Source of the DNA: Paraglomus brasilianum
Lineage: Eukaryota
Assembly: GCA_910592345.1 (NCBI GenBank)
Contig: CAJVPI010000028.1
Span: forward strand, 1 to 64,000
Length of the DNA stretch: 64,000 nucleotides
Reading direction: 5' to 3'
The translations under genes were made by a program, and so were the position numbers. The notes below the pieces were generated by a model. The model was not told where the DNA came from, ran no database searches, and saw only the letters and a list, made by a program, of their open reading frames with translations. Below, piece by piece: positions 41,981 through 54,100 of this stretch (within the stretch, counting starts at the first letter, position 1; the number at the start of each line of letters is the position of its first letter).

Positions 41981-42333
41981 AAAATTATGCAATTCACCGG
42001 AAACCGATTTGTGAGGTTTTATTATTGTGAAAAAGACATGACATGTTGTCCAAATATTTACACATTCGACCATCTAATTCACCCTTTACGTCAAAAGCAG
42101 TTACTAGAGGAGGAAACTGATATCGACAGCAAATCCGACGATATTATCTCATCGTATTCGCCGAGTTGTAAGAGGGGGGGTTTTTTAGCTGTTAGCCACT
42201 GTACAAGCCGCTCTTTTCAATCAATTATTACGGCTCCAACACATGATAACCATGGAGCGCAGTAACCGGATACCTCCTCCCGCTCCGTTAGCTAACAAGG
42301 TAGGACGTCAGCTTAGACACACGTGTATCTGAC

Positions 42334-44045
42334 TTAGAAATGTACTCGAATAGCCTGATCCAGAGTCGACTCGTTGGGGCAATACGGGCACTTAAACCGA
42401 CTATGAAGCAGTAGATTGAGGCTTAGTTCGAGGCAGAATATATCCCTGTATTAAATACGACCAATCTTACCTGTTTGCTTTGCTCAATTTATTTAACGAC
42501 TCTTTGCAAATGACATGTCCACATGGCATCATCATAGGCGGATTCTCTTCTGTAGATTGTTCCTTTGATACGGGGCATGCGAATATTGAATGATATCGCA
42601 TATCATCAGGGAGAGGAATCTCGACTGGTAGTTCATCTTGTTGACTCCATTCGTTCTTTTTCTCTTTCATTATTGTAGCCATTTTAATAATTGTAGGAAG
42701 CGCCATTGCCCCAACCGTCACGCTGAAAGAAGATGCGGCGGTTTCGTTAAAAGTTGGGAACTCGGAATCAGAAATAGGAGGCGGGCTATATATACCTTAT
42801 AAAGAGCGGACTCTCCCAAGACATTCCTAATAGGCTACAAAAGTCTCTTGTGAATTGGTGCTGAATGTCCGTCCATGCATCGGGAGATAATAGCTCGGCG
42901 TAAGGTGACGAATTTAAATTATTAAAGTACACCATAGAACCCATGAGGCGTTGGATTTCTAGTTGAAAAGTCATAGCAAATAGTTGGATCAATATACAGA
43001 GTTTAGAAAGGTGTGTGATTTGGTTAAGGGATGTTTGTATGATACCTGCAAGATGTCTTTCTTGGAAATAATGGAAATTCTTTCTTGCATATATTATTGC
43101 TTCCTCGCTACGTTGATTTGTAAGAAATTGCACAAAGTGGAGACGATGGAGTTGAAATTCTAACGAACTCCCCCGTCGCTCAAGTTCTTCTCTCTTGGAT
43201 CGGGCCCATCTGCCAGTAGGGTTTATAAACAGATTTAGTATCGTCTTTATAGTCGACGCTTCTATAAAACGCAATGTTCCTACTTACATTAAAGCTGGTC
43301 CCAAGTCATAAACCTTAATTGCCTCGAGAATCTGGTACATTTCTACAAATTGTGCTTGAGGCATGTCGGAAATGTCCAGCTCGGCTTCCTGCAACCGAAG
43401 GAATTGGGGGTGTTGGTCATAAATAGTTGTCTTTATTATTATCGAGTCATATCTCTATTTGCTTGCCTACCCTCATAAATGTATTCCCAAGTTCAAATTT
43501 TCCTTGCCGAATGAAATGTAAAGCAATAGTTTTCTGGAGTATTTTCTCTTTCTCTGAGAATGCGTTTGCATTAGTCGCTATTGTGATGTCTTGTTTCCAT
43601 TTCTATAGTATGGTTAGAGTCAATGATCAGCCTTGCGCCCGACGCTTGTCGAAAACTCACTCGGTGTACTAGTTTAACAGGTCTTTTTCTTTTTGAAGAA
43701 AGACACCTTCCTTTACCTTATCAATGGCCTTTCCGTACTTGTTCAAAGTTGATTGGAAATCCTTATGTTCGTCAAGGGTTTGACTTGTAATATCTTTCAC
43801 TCGTCTTGACAGGTTGTAAAGTTGGGTAGGGCAACTCTGTGGACCTAGAATCCAGTGAATCTATGTTTAGTCGGAGGGCATATAGAATACGTCTCAGCAT
43901 AAAATTCGGTTCAATTACAATTTTCAAACTGTGCTCTTGCTTCGTTTATTGCGCCTATTATTCTATCTATGCTGTCAATAGAGCCTTGGGCAAGCGTGGC
44001 ATGCTTTTTGGAAACTTTCTCATGTTCTTTTAAAATAGTCTCCAT
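42334..44045 (-). CDS. RMD5: GID/CTLH complex RING subunit Rmd5/RMND5
   Basis: LisH ([18 protein letters not shown]), CTLH ([12 protein letters not shown]), CRA ([17 protein letters not shown]), [43 protein letters not shown]../FKCPYCP. Confidence 0.95.
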
Positions 44046-45174
44046 CTTCAGTTAACGGAGCAGAGGGTGTAAATGTCAATTGAATGTCTTTCCCACACTC
44101 TGTTACTCTTACCCAAATTTACTTATGTTGACCCACGGAACCAATATCATTTACGCCACAATCATAATAATAAATAGTTTATCCATATTTTTTCCCCGAT
44201 CTTTTTAATTTCTGGGTGACAGGCAGACGTAATCCCGGTTGTTGTAATAACCTTATTGACACTCCATAAACCCCCAACAAAAAGTTAACAATAGGCTTGC
44301 CACCAGGTCACCTTTCCCACAACTTGGTGATACAACGAGGCTTATTTATTCATTAATTCGAGCCATGAGTACGAGTATTTCATAGTCATGTATATGCATT
44401 GGCTCAAGCTGGAACAAAGGATTTATATCTAGGAAGTAACACAATTACGACTTCAGAGCCAAAGTAATTGTTAATAAGCAGGAGTTTGGCCCTCTATTTT
44501 AAGATTTCTTCTTGCAGTCAATTTTGACATGCCATATTTCATAATTGTTAAAAATACTTTGATTATGAATATTATTTACGTGCGTTGTTCAGCTGACTAC
44601 CTATAAGTAAGTGAAGTTCGTATTTGAGATAATCAGGCCGCCCTAACAAACGACCGTGGAAACAATTACATGATGTAATAGTTGATAAAAGGATTTTCAA
44701 GTGTTAGTGTTTTCGTTAGTTGACATAATTTTGTTTGATTAATTTTTGATTAATTGTTTACCAATAACATATTATTTCCCTGTTTACAATATTCAATTTG
44801 CCTCAATTAGCCAGGAGTTGCCTCTGCAGATATCGTATATTCAGAATGGCATTTTACTTTAATACCTGCTGGCCAGCAATTTGTCGCGTTAACTGTTTCC
44901 TGGCGCGTTGGTTCTACTGTGAAGAAACCACCGAAATTAAACTATTTAGTCAGTTGGATAAATGAGGCCCAGCACAGGAGAAGGATAATAAGTCAACTCT
45001 TTTAATCTCAATTGTAAACTTTATTGCGTATTAATTAGTATTATAGTTTAAGCACAGTATTTATTCGCAGTAACTATATAATGTGTCAGAGTCGATAGAA
45101 AAACACGAAAATAGCCCAACATACGACACAATATCAGTCAAGTAAATTTTCCCGTCTACTAATTTTACTATATA

Positions 45175-45760
45175 TAGTGGACTCTCCCTAAGTGCAGGTC
45201 GTTAGGACCAAAGCCAATGCCTGCACTTAGGGAGAACCAGTAATATTGAATTTACGTGGGTATATTTGTATACTTTGTTTGCTACTATACTAATATTGTT
45301 TTTATGCAAAAGCGGTAAATACTCAAAACAATTACCGGAATTCTTTATCAAGAGTATTAGAGTTGAAAAACTGTTCAAAGTTAGTCTGCTGAAACGATGT
45401 AACTTGCAGATTTCTCACCATCTTGGTGATTTTTGAAATCGTGCCAACATATCTTGACTTTGTTGTAAAAAAAAAGTCTAATGCCTTCAGTGCTTCACTG
45501 TGTGTAGTCTTGGGTTGATGTCTATATGTCTAAGTTAAATGTTGCCTTAACCCACTGAGCAACATCTACATGGGTAGCATTAGGGTTACTTACTGTCTTT
45601 GTACTTGAGAACAAGCAATTTTTGTTTGTTTGTTAGTGTAGTTCTTTTAATTTTTGTAGACATTCTCTAAAGATTAAAGAGTAATAATGCAGTACTTAAA
45701 CGGAAATGGTCTAAGATTTGATTGGCTGTTTATTGAATCATGCACTTAGGGAGTCCACTG
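45175..45760. mobile_element. pogo-type non-autonomous element
   Basis: TA-(T)AGTGGACTCTCCCTAAGTGCA ... TGCACTTAGGGAGTCCACTG-TA; an extra internal inverted copy CCTGCACTTAGGGAGA lies at about 45220. Confidence 0.85.
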
Positions 45761-46311
45761 TATAGAGTTACAAAATCATTTTTTTTATGTTGATGACAGT
45801 GACTGTATAAATGTAGTAAATTTAAAATTAGCTAGATAATTATTCAAGACGGGTTCTGGAATAAAATTACATTCTTCTGTCAAAACATCTATTATGATAA
45901 ATATCTACTTCTCTCATGTTCAACGAGCACTTATTAATAAACAACACAATATTTGGAGACTGAGACGACTAAAAATGAAACGCGTATCTATTATATCGAT
46001 TTTTGATTTAGAGACAAAAGTACACTATATTGGCAAGAGAAATAATTTCCATTTCAAGTGACAAGTCTTTTATCGAACATTGATAACAATTTTTGACATC
46101 AACTTCAGAGAGAACAAGTCACAAACTTTTGCAAGCTCATTATTTATTCGAGTTTAATATTAATAGACCAGTAAATGACAATAGTTTATTGTATTCAACA
46201 CAGGAAGCGTTCCAATTTGATTAATACAATAATCTGAAGTCAAGATATTTATGAATGGCTTTCTCTTCATGTCGATGTATTTATTGTCCATCTTGTCATT
46301 ATCCCCGAAAC

Positions 46312-48831
46312 TCAATAACTGTTTCTCGGTTTAGGCAAATCTGCTGTAGGTAAGAGCTTACTAGAGTATTTACTCTCCTTCTCGAGGCGTGATAAGGGCC
46401 TTACATCATTATGATAAACGGCCTTCCACATGATGTTGTCAGGGTTATCCCTGTCCACCATTTCCCTAATACTGAGCTTTTTGATATGATAATAAAGTGT
46501 CTTGGCATCTGGACGTTTATCAGGATCAGCATCACAACACCACTCGGCAAGTTTCTTGTAGTCTTGTGGTGCTGAATCAGGCATTATTGGTCGTAGTCCA
46601 CCCATAATATCGCATACCAAACTTCTATCAAACTGCCTATCTCTAAAAGGTGGTTCACCTGTGGCAATCAAATACGTAACAATGCCAAAGGAATATATGT
46701 CTGATTTATGAGTAAATTTGCGAGTATGGAAGACTTCCGGTGCAGTAAAGGGCAAAACGCCTTGAATGGCTGAATTTGATTCACGTGAATTCACTGATCG
46801 TGAGAGACCGAGATCACATATAAACGATTTGCTTAATTGAAAATCTTTTTCTGTTTCATCATCACCACCGTCACCGTATATATAATGCAAAACTATGTTT
46901 CCGCCATGAAGATCACAGTGCACAAATCCTGTATTATGGATGGTCCACAGATAATTTGCAATACTCTGCAAATATATTAATTTCATCCCCCACGTCAGCT
47001 TGTTTATGTTTCGATCCAAATAAGACAATAGATTCCCATTATTAGCATATTGCATAACAATTATGTACTCTTTTGTTGCTGGATATTGTGTGAATCCATA
47101 AATTTGAAGGAATGAATAACCAATGTTTACACACTTGGCATGGTTTCTGAACTAATCGATGCAGAGTAAGAGTCAGATTAAATACCATTTTGATCAATAC
47201 TATCAAAGATTGCTTACCTCGGAAATAAATAATTCCAGCGTTTTATCATAATCAACATTTTTAAAACGCTTGAGTACAACAGTTGGTGGCACATCATGCG
47301 AATACTTTTTGTACTTGGCAGTATATACTGTTCCGTAACCACCAGATCCAATCTCCTTAATTTCATCAAAGTCGGCATACTGCATATACTCTACACGTTC
47401 ATTAAATCGTATAAATTTTTCCAATATCGCATGTACTTCGTGGTAGAACACCAAACAATATTTTCGCATCGATGGCTCCCGAGTGATTCCAACTATCCAT
47501 ATATTATCCGGTGTCAGCATCTTCGGGTAATCTGCAGTTAACTATTTGAGTAAACACACAATTCGTTATCGTAAATACGCAAAACTAACAACACTACTGC
47601 ATTGTTTGCACGTGAAATGATTTACCTACCTGATAAAAATCTAACGACTGCGCATCAACTATCGGCTTGAATATCACTTTCGTCGATTGCCAATCTGCTA
47701 TATGTGTGCATCCGTGGTGTAATGATGGCATTTCTCGTACGTTCATCAATAGAGAATACTCTATCCAATGTAAACACGCATCAAATTCACGCTTTGTATT
47801 ACTCCATGATTCCATTATGAACGAATCCAAAGACTTGTTGCCAGTCGTCCAATCAAGTGGTGTTGGTGCTTTACACCAATAACAGAATGTATTCATCTTG
47901 GGTTCTAATTGACGTGTACACGCCAGACACAATTCATTCTTCGATTTTATTAGAAAATACTCCCGTTTCCTTGCATCGTATGTAAATCCGATGGTAGTCC
48001 AAACATTTTTGGTAAGAATATCTGGATGCCCATAACATAACTAGCGAGTGAAATGATACGTTATTAATCATCCAAACAATTCAATAAACATGATGCATAA
48101 TTAATCGTTGAATAGCTTACCTTATCATAACATGAATTATCAGTTATTTCAAGTGGAATCAAATTAACCGCACCGTAAATAGGTAGACCATTTAACCATG
48201 CATAATTTCCCCCATCATTGCAATCGAATGGAATCCATTCCAAATAGGGTTTATTTGGTGAGTTTGTTTGTATTTGAGATTTCTTAATAAAGTCATCGAG
48301 TTTCTTAGTGTTGCTGGTCCATCCATTGGATAATTCTTTATGTCCACATATGCACCACACAGGACTACATCGGAGTATGCCACATGCGGTGCAGAATCCA
48401 TATCGAGAGTAAGACTGGTAAAGGCGTTTCTTAGCGACCATATAGAAATTATCATTATACTTGGTGAATCCAATTATGAGTTCATTGCGATAGCCAAGCC
48501 ATCTTTTGTATCTTCTGAATTGTGGAGCATCGAGCTTGTGCTTGTGTGTCGGAAGTGAATATATTCTAGCAAACTCATTGACAAACGCTGGTGTACATGC
48601 TTTATCGCTCCCAAGTAATACCAACATTATCATTGTTTTTTTAACTCTACTAGAACCATTATTATTATTACGAGATATTTCCTTTCGAACAGCGTAATGG
48701 ATGTTGTCAGTTTGACTTGACTTGAAGTCGATAATCTCTGAATGAGGAATCCATTTAAGTTGATATTCACTTGCTAAGGAGGATTGAATGAAGTTGTCGA
48801 TCGTCGTGTAAGTCTCTAAAGCTAATGACAT
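46312..48831 (-). CDS. Tyrosine-kinase-like (TKL) protein kinase of an expanded family, with repeated N-terminal modules
   Basis: IGSGGYGTVY, VVLK, FISE/, IYGFTQ..MQYANNGNL, HCDLHGGNI, CDLGLS, GVLPFTAPE, SDIYSFG, CCDADPDKRP. Four exons at about 48121-48831, 47631-48040, 47219-47540 and 46312-47151. Confidence 0.9.
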
Positions 48832-49259
48832 CGTTCTGAAGGAAAAAGATATGAAAAAGATATGCTTATGCTTAAGCTTACGGATAAAGGTCGTTTATAT
48901 AGTATTTGTTTACATCCCGCAGTATTGTTACACTTGCAAAAAAGTCTCCCAAATGACCAATCTCGCTTACATCTGTTAAATTTGTTGCCTAAAAAAGGTA
49001 TGTATTGATTTTCTTGTGTAAACGCACATTCTCACTTAATGTGTTTCCCACGGGCCGCAACTTGGAATGTCTTGTCTATTTGCTAACATACGAGCCTGAC
49101 TTTGAAGTCGTAGTTGATTGTGCATATACTATTAGTACACGTAGTTGTTAAGACTTATAACAGAGAAGCTTAAGCATCGCCATTATGTTTAAACAAATAA
49201 TCTCGATCATCATCTAAAAATTTTTGAATCGATTCCTGCAACACACTGTAACTGTAACA

Positions 49260-50293
49260 CAGAACATGTTCTTCCGATACAGGTATCGCTAAATCTTCCG
49301 CTTTAGATATCATTCCTAGCATGCGCCCGGCTCATCATCTTTCGAATTGTTTTACTATTAATTTTCTTTTTCGTCTATGAGACATCTGTACACGATTGAT
49401 ATCATTGTCTCCGATGTTTCCATGACCAACTGTGGGAGAATACCACGTAAGAAAAGTGCGAACTCCGGGATCGATGGCTGCAACGTGAATTTCTTCCGCT
49501 TGGTTCTCGTGGATAGACTTTCCGTAACCCATACAAATGCCCAATATCCTAGTTTCCTCTCGTATATTAGCTTCGAGTCCATTTTAACTTTGCCAGTCTC
49601 ATTCGGCCAACCATGATTGCGTCTTCGATGTTCATGATGAAATGGTAGCTTCATTTTGTGGCGTGGATGATTAGGATCAACGGCAAGAAGCGTGTTATTA
49701 TGTAGGAGCCTGATATAAAAACGGAGTGGTTCGCGACAGTATTAGTATTGAGCACGGATGGTAATCGTCTGACGATCATTTTTCTAAGATCTAAAATGAA
49801 GAACATGATGTTGATTCTCCTTATACACTTGATAACCTCATCTCTTGCTTGTATAGCATCTGAGATAGCATGATCCAATACTTCATATGGAACCTTATCC
49901 ATAAAAATCTATTCCTTTGTATGTTTAGTCTTTAGCCGAAGGAGCATCCTAAAGAAAAATTGCCTTGTAGTCCTATGACCCAAACGGTAATTGTCCACTA
50001 CCATGTTGTAAACTAAAAATTCTCAAAAATACACTATATCGAGAGCTTTTGAAAATTTATTAGTAAATACACTATATCGGATAGCATTCATTATAGATGG
50101 TTTTGAACCTTTATTCACTATATCGCGATTTTAATTAGTCTCCACTATAAAGGAGGTACATTATAAAGAGAGCCACTGTGTACATTCGTATTTTCAGTGA
50201 TCGTATCAAGTCTGCCTTCTTTATTCTTGGCTCGTCGTGTTGTTTGCACTTTCTTCTCGCGTTTTTTGTTTTTTGTCTTGTTTCCGTTCTCAT
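49260..50293 (-). pseudogene. Fanzor2/IS607-TnpB RNA-guided nuclease relic
   Basis: MRTETRQKTKNARRK..LIRSLKIRMY [MITE] VYNMVV..KVPYEVLDHAISDAIQA..LHFRS*KNDRQTITI..DSKLIYER..RuvC-I VAAIDPGVRTFLTWYSP..IGDNDINR [deletion] KINSKTIRKMMSRAH..ISKAEDL..VSEEH; stops and frameshifts. Confidence 0.87.
50013..50180. mobile_element. Truncated pogo-type MITE inserted in the Fanzor relic
   Basis: One end GAGAGCCACTGTG-TA (50168-50182) resembles the GTGGCTCTC terminal family in this window; repeated AATACACTATATCG; other end missing. Confidence 0.7.
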
Positions 50294-50820
50294 CCGTACC
50301 TGAATAGATCAAGTCGATTAGAATTCATTTGCTTGATCACTTATTACAAAAATAAAGCTAAAGTTAAATATTTATATGAAATATTTACCTGGCAGAACGC
50401 TTTCCTTGTAATCGGCAAATGAAAACTGTATTGATATCCTGAGATAGTTCCCATTCGTCTGTTGGGTTATCTTCTGAGAGAACCACGATCTTTGTACCAT
50501 TAAGCTTGAAAAGGTCAAAGGCGAACCGACACAGCCAGCCTGTCTCTGTGGGCAATAGCAACTTCTTTGACCAGTCCACGACTTGATCTGGATCTCTTGA
50601 AATTGATGCTGGAGCCGATGTCTGAAATAAGGCAGTGGTTTGGAAACTGCGAGAGGTGTTTCTGTCTTTCAAGATCTTCTTTCTGTTTTGAGCTTGAGAC
50701 CGAGGAGGAAGAGGAGGAGGAGGGGTTAGCATTGAAGGGAGAGATTATGTTGGATTTTCAAATGAGCAAAATATTGCAATGGTTAAAAGAGTTTGGGGGG
50801 ATATACTTTCTCGACAGAGG
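50290..50820 (-). pseudogene. tnpA: IS607-family serine recombinase TnpA relic
   Basis: VSSSKQKEDLERQ..FPNHCLISDIGSSINFKR..GLVKEVAIAHRDRL, frameshift, then CRFAFDLFKLNGTKIVVLSEDNPTDEWELSQDINTVFICRLQGKRSAR. HTH and YAR segments appear deleted. Confidence 0.88.
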
Positions 50821-51556
50821 TCTACTGATAACTGTTGCTGATTATCGCGTATTGGTGGAGTTGCTTAAGCGACTGGTTGTCTTGCTTGCATACACGAACA
50901 TTATCCAGGCGTCTCTTTGACACATTCGGTAAATACTTGATATGAAAAGCAGATTTGCTTTCAATAAAATAAAAGGATGTAATTCGAGTACACAGCTATT
51001 CAGACTTGCAATAGTATGACAATAGTCGTAAAGTCGGAGTATGCGCGAACAACCGTCTCACTTAACGTGTTATCTTGTATTAATCCTATCTTGTCATGGC
51101 CAGGTTATTTCCATATTCCTTACAACAATGGGCATAAAATCGTCTTTATTTCAAAATTGGCCATATTTGTTCATTAGCAACAAACGCAAGAGGCAATAGT
51201 TTGGGTTGGATAACGAATTGCAATCATAAAGACATCGGGAATTTACGTTAGCAAGACAGATTATAGATGAATATACAATACAAAGACTATGCATATTAAT
51301 AATAGCAATTGGCTTCGTTCTAATTTGTAAACTACATGTCAATGATAGAGTGCAAGTGTAGAATATTGTGATCAAATACATATTAAAGGGATATTTGCCG
51401 AAAAGATCTCATCAAAAACTGCGGATAGATTGGTCGTGGAGACTATACACCTTAAATGATCTACTATTTGTAAATACGATGATGTGTGTGTAACTTCCTA
51501 AGATGGTTGATATATCTTTGACTCATGATCTACCCCCGCGGTTATTTCGATAAACC

Positions 51557-54100
51557 ATGTCACAAAAAACATTCGAAAATCAACCAAAACTTGGCCGTCT
51601 TCCAATTCCTCCTCTGGAAGAAACGCTTGCCCGCTATTTACGCTCCATTGAACCCCTCTGTGCGCCTTCCGACCTATCTCGTACTACTTCTTACATTACT
51701 GACTTTCTAAAACCAAATGGACTTGGTCGTACACTCCAGCAGCGCCTGATAGATCTTGATAGATCATCCCCACACAACTGGCTTGACGATTCGATCTGGA
51801 TAAAAAAAGCATATCACGAATGGAGAGAAAGTGTGGTTGTAAATAGTAACTGGTACCTGATGTTTGCCGATGATCCTAGTACGCCAAAAGAATGCTTAGG
51901 GATCATTGAGAAGGGAACTTTTGGAGAATGGCAAGTCAAGAGGGCTGCACATCTGATCGTGCAGATTTTAGATTATAAAGAATCGATTGATAGGTAAGAC
52001 GTTAAAAAGATTGTATAAAAAGCTGAGAGGTTCCTGTGAGCTTATGACTAAACACGTAGCTATAATTATTTGATATGTTCGTCCAACTAATTTTCAATTA
52101 AATTTTTACACTCAGCGAACGTCTTCCGCCTGACGTAACTCGTCTTTATCCACTTTGCATGCATCAATATACACGATGCTTTGGTGTTACCCGCATTCCA
52201 CAGCATAATTGCGATGCACTTGCTTATACTCCACACCCGGCGACTGCAAAGCATATCTTAATAATAGCCAGGGATCAGTTTTATGTTATTGATGTTTATG
52301 ATGAAAAAGGACGTCGATTGGCTGCGGGTGATATTGCATTGTAAGTACAGGGAAGAGTATCAACTGGTGTACGTATAAAATAGTGACAACAATGGGAGAA
52401 GGATAATGAATTTCGATTTGCGTATACACATTCAGTCAATTACAGCAGATTATTGAAGACGTTAAGAAAACAGAATTGGATCCCCCCGTCAGTGTATTGA
52501 CTGGTGACCATAGGGATGCCTGGACTGTGGTTCGTATTTAGTTATTGGTGACTTTTGGTGCTTTTATCTGGTATTGGATCTAACGTATTTATTTCCAACA
52601 GGCTCGAGAACACTTGTTGAGTATACCTCAAAACCGTGCCACCCTTATTGACATCGAAAATGCACTCTTTGCATTTAGCCTTGATGACTATACATCTGGC
52701 CTGAATCTTGATGATTGGAACAGGAATGCGTTTCATGGTCTAAATGGGCATAATAGATGGTTTGATAAGGCACTATCGTTCAGCATTGAAAATAACGGAC
52801 GAGCTTCGCTCAATGGAGAGGTATTGAGAGTTTTTGTAGGGCGGATTATCAACGAGTTTTCGCATACCCGTTAATATATCGCGTTTATCATGGTTAATCT
52901 TTTCCCCCCCACAAAGCATTCACCATGTGATGCTTTAATTCCTTCTATCGTTGTAGATAACATTTTGAAAACACCAGTGCCTTCTAGTCTACAAAAGTCA
53001 GGTTTTGAAATTCCTCTACCGAGAAGAACACGATTTGTCACTGACGATCGGATATTGAAAGACATTGCAGCAGCGCAGGAAAGAGTGGATAAAATTATTG
53101 CAGATTCTGACGCCATATTATTGCATTTCAAAGAATATGGAGCACATTTTATGAAGAGCATTGGTATGATACGTACAACATAATAGTTAATGTTTAAATG
53201 ACTTCACGAATGTTCTGGATTCTTATTAACGAGTTCCCACTTTGATTAATTTTGCATCATGAACCGACTTCACTCGCGCACTTTTTTATCTACAAGGCAA
53301 GGTGGCCCCTGATGCCTACATGCAAATGGTCCTCCAGTTGGCATATTACAAACTCCATGGCAAAGTGGTTCCTACGTACGAGACAGGTTCAACCAGGCAA
53401 TTTCTACACGGACGAACCGAAACTATAAGAACTCTAAGCAACGAGAGTAAAGCTTGGGTCGAAGCAATGGAGAATAGTTCGCTGAGCGTAAGAGACATGA
53501 CAAAGATTTTATCTCTCCTTACGTTTGGTATATCTATTATGTGATGTTTAACACAAGCTTTTTCTTTTTATATTATCTTTAGTCAAAGGAGAAATATGCC
53601 ATATTTCAAACAGCAACTAAAGCACATTCGCAATACACGCGAGACGCATCAAACGGAAAGGGATGCGATAGACATCTTTTTGGATTAAGGTGTTGTTTAA
53701 AGGAAGGTGAATCACACCCATTGTTTACTGATCCGATATTTGCCGGGTCTCAAGTATGGTTGTTGAGTACTAGTGGATTGAGTGCTGGAGATCGATTTAG
53801 CGGTGAGCAGAACGTTTCGTATAGCCAGCTTAAGGGAGGGGAAGAGGAAGAGGAAACGACAGGTTGCTTGAATATTGTGTAATGATTTTTTTCATAGGTA
53901 CCGGATTTGGTTGTGTATACCCCAATGGCTATGGCATAAACTACCTTCCAGGAAACGCGGTTCTAAAGTTTGGAATTGAGTCTAAGAAATCTTCAACAGA
54001 AACGGATTCAAAGGCATTCCGTGAATCTGTAGTAAATGCTCTGCGCGATATGAGACGGATGTGTGAAGATGTGAATGGAAAGTACAATGGTAGATTATGA
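51557..54100 (+). CDS. Carnitine O-acyltransferase (CAT2-like)
   Basis: LPIPPLEETLARYL, HNWLDD..AY..WR..VNSN, LCMHQY, NRWFDK, NGE/HSPCDA (catalytic His), PDAYMQMVLQLAYY..TYETGSTRQFLHGRTETIR, GKGCDRHLFGL, LSTS, GFGCVYPNGYGINY. Confidence 0.93.

Larger units (their letters stand above)
49055..50906 (-). mobile_element. Degenerate IS607-like (tnpA + Fanzor2/TnpB) element
   Basis: Serine-recombinase relic followed in the same orientation by a RuvC nuclease relic. Boundaries are candidate GG dinucleotides and are tentative. Confidence 0.85.

Noticed and set aside
49055..50906. Bacterial contamination as source of the IS607 element
   Set aside because: Heavily decayed, interrupted by a MITE resembling others in this window, and flanked by intron-containing fungal genes.
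50385..50920. ORFs 50385-50732(-) and 50567-50920(+) as real genes
   Set aside because: The first is a chimera of an off-frame stretch and the tnpA C-terminus; the second is its antisense shadow over a (GAG)n tract.
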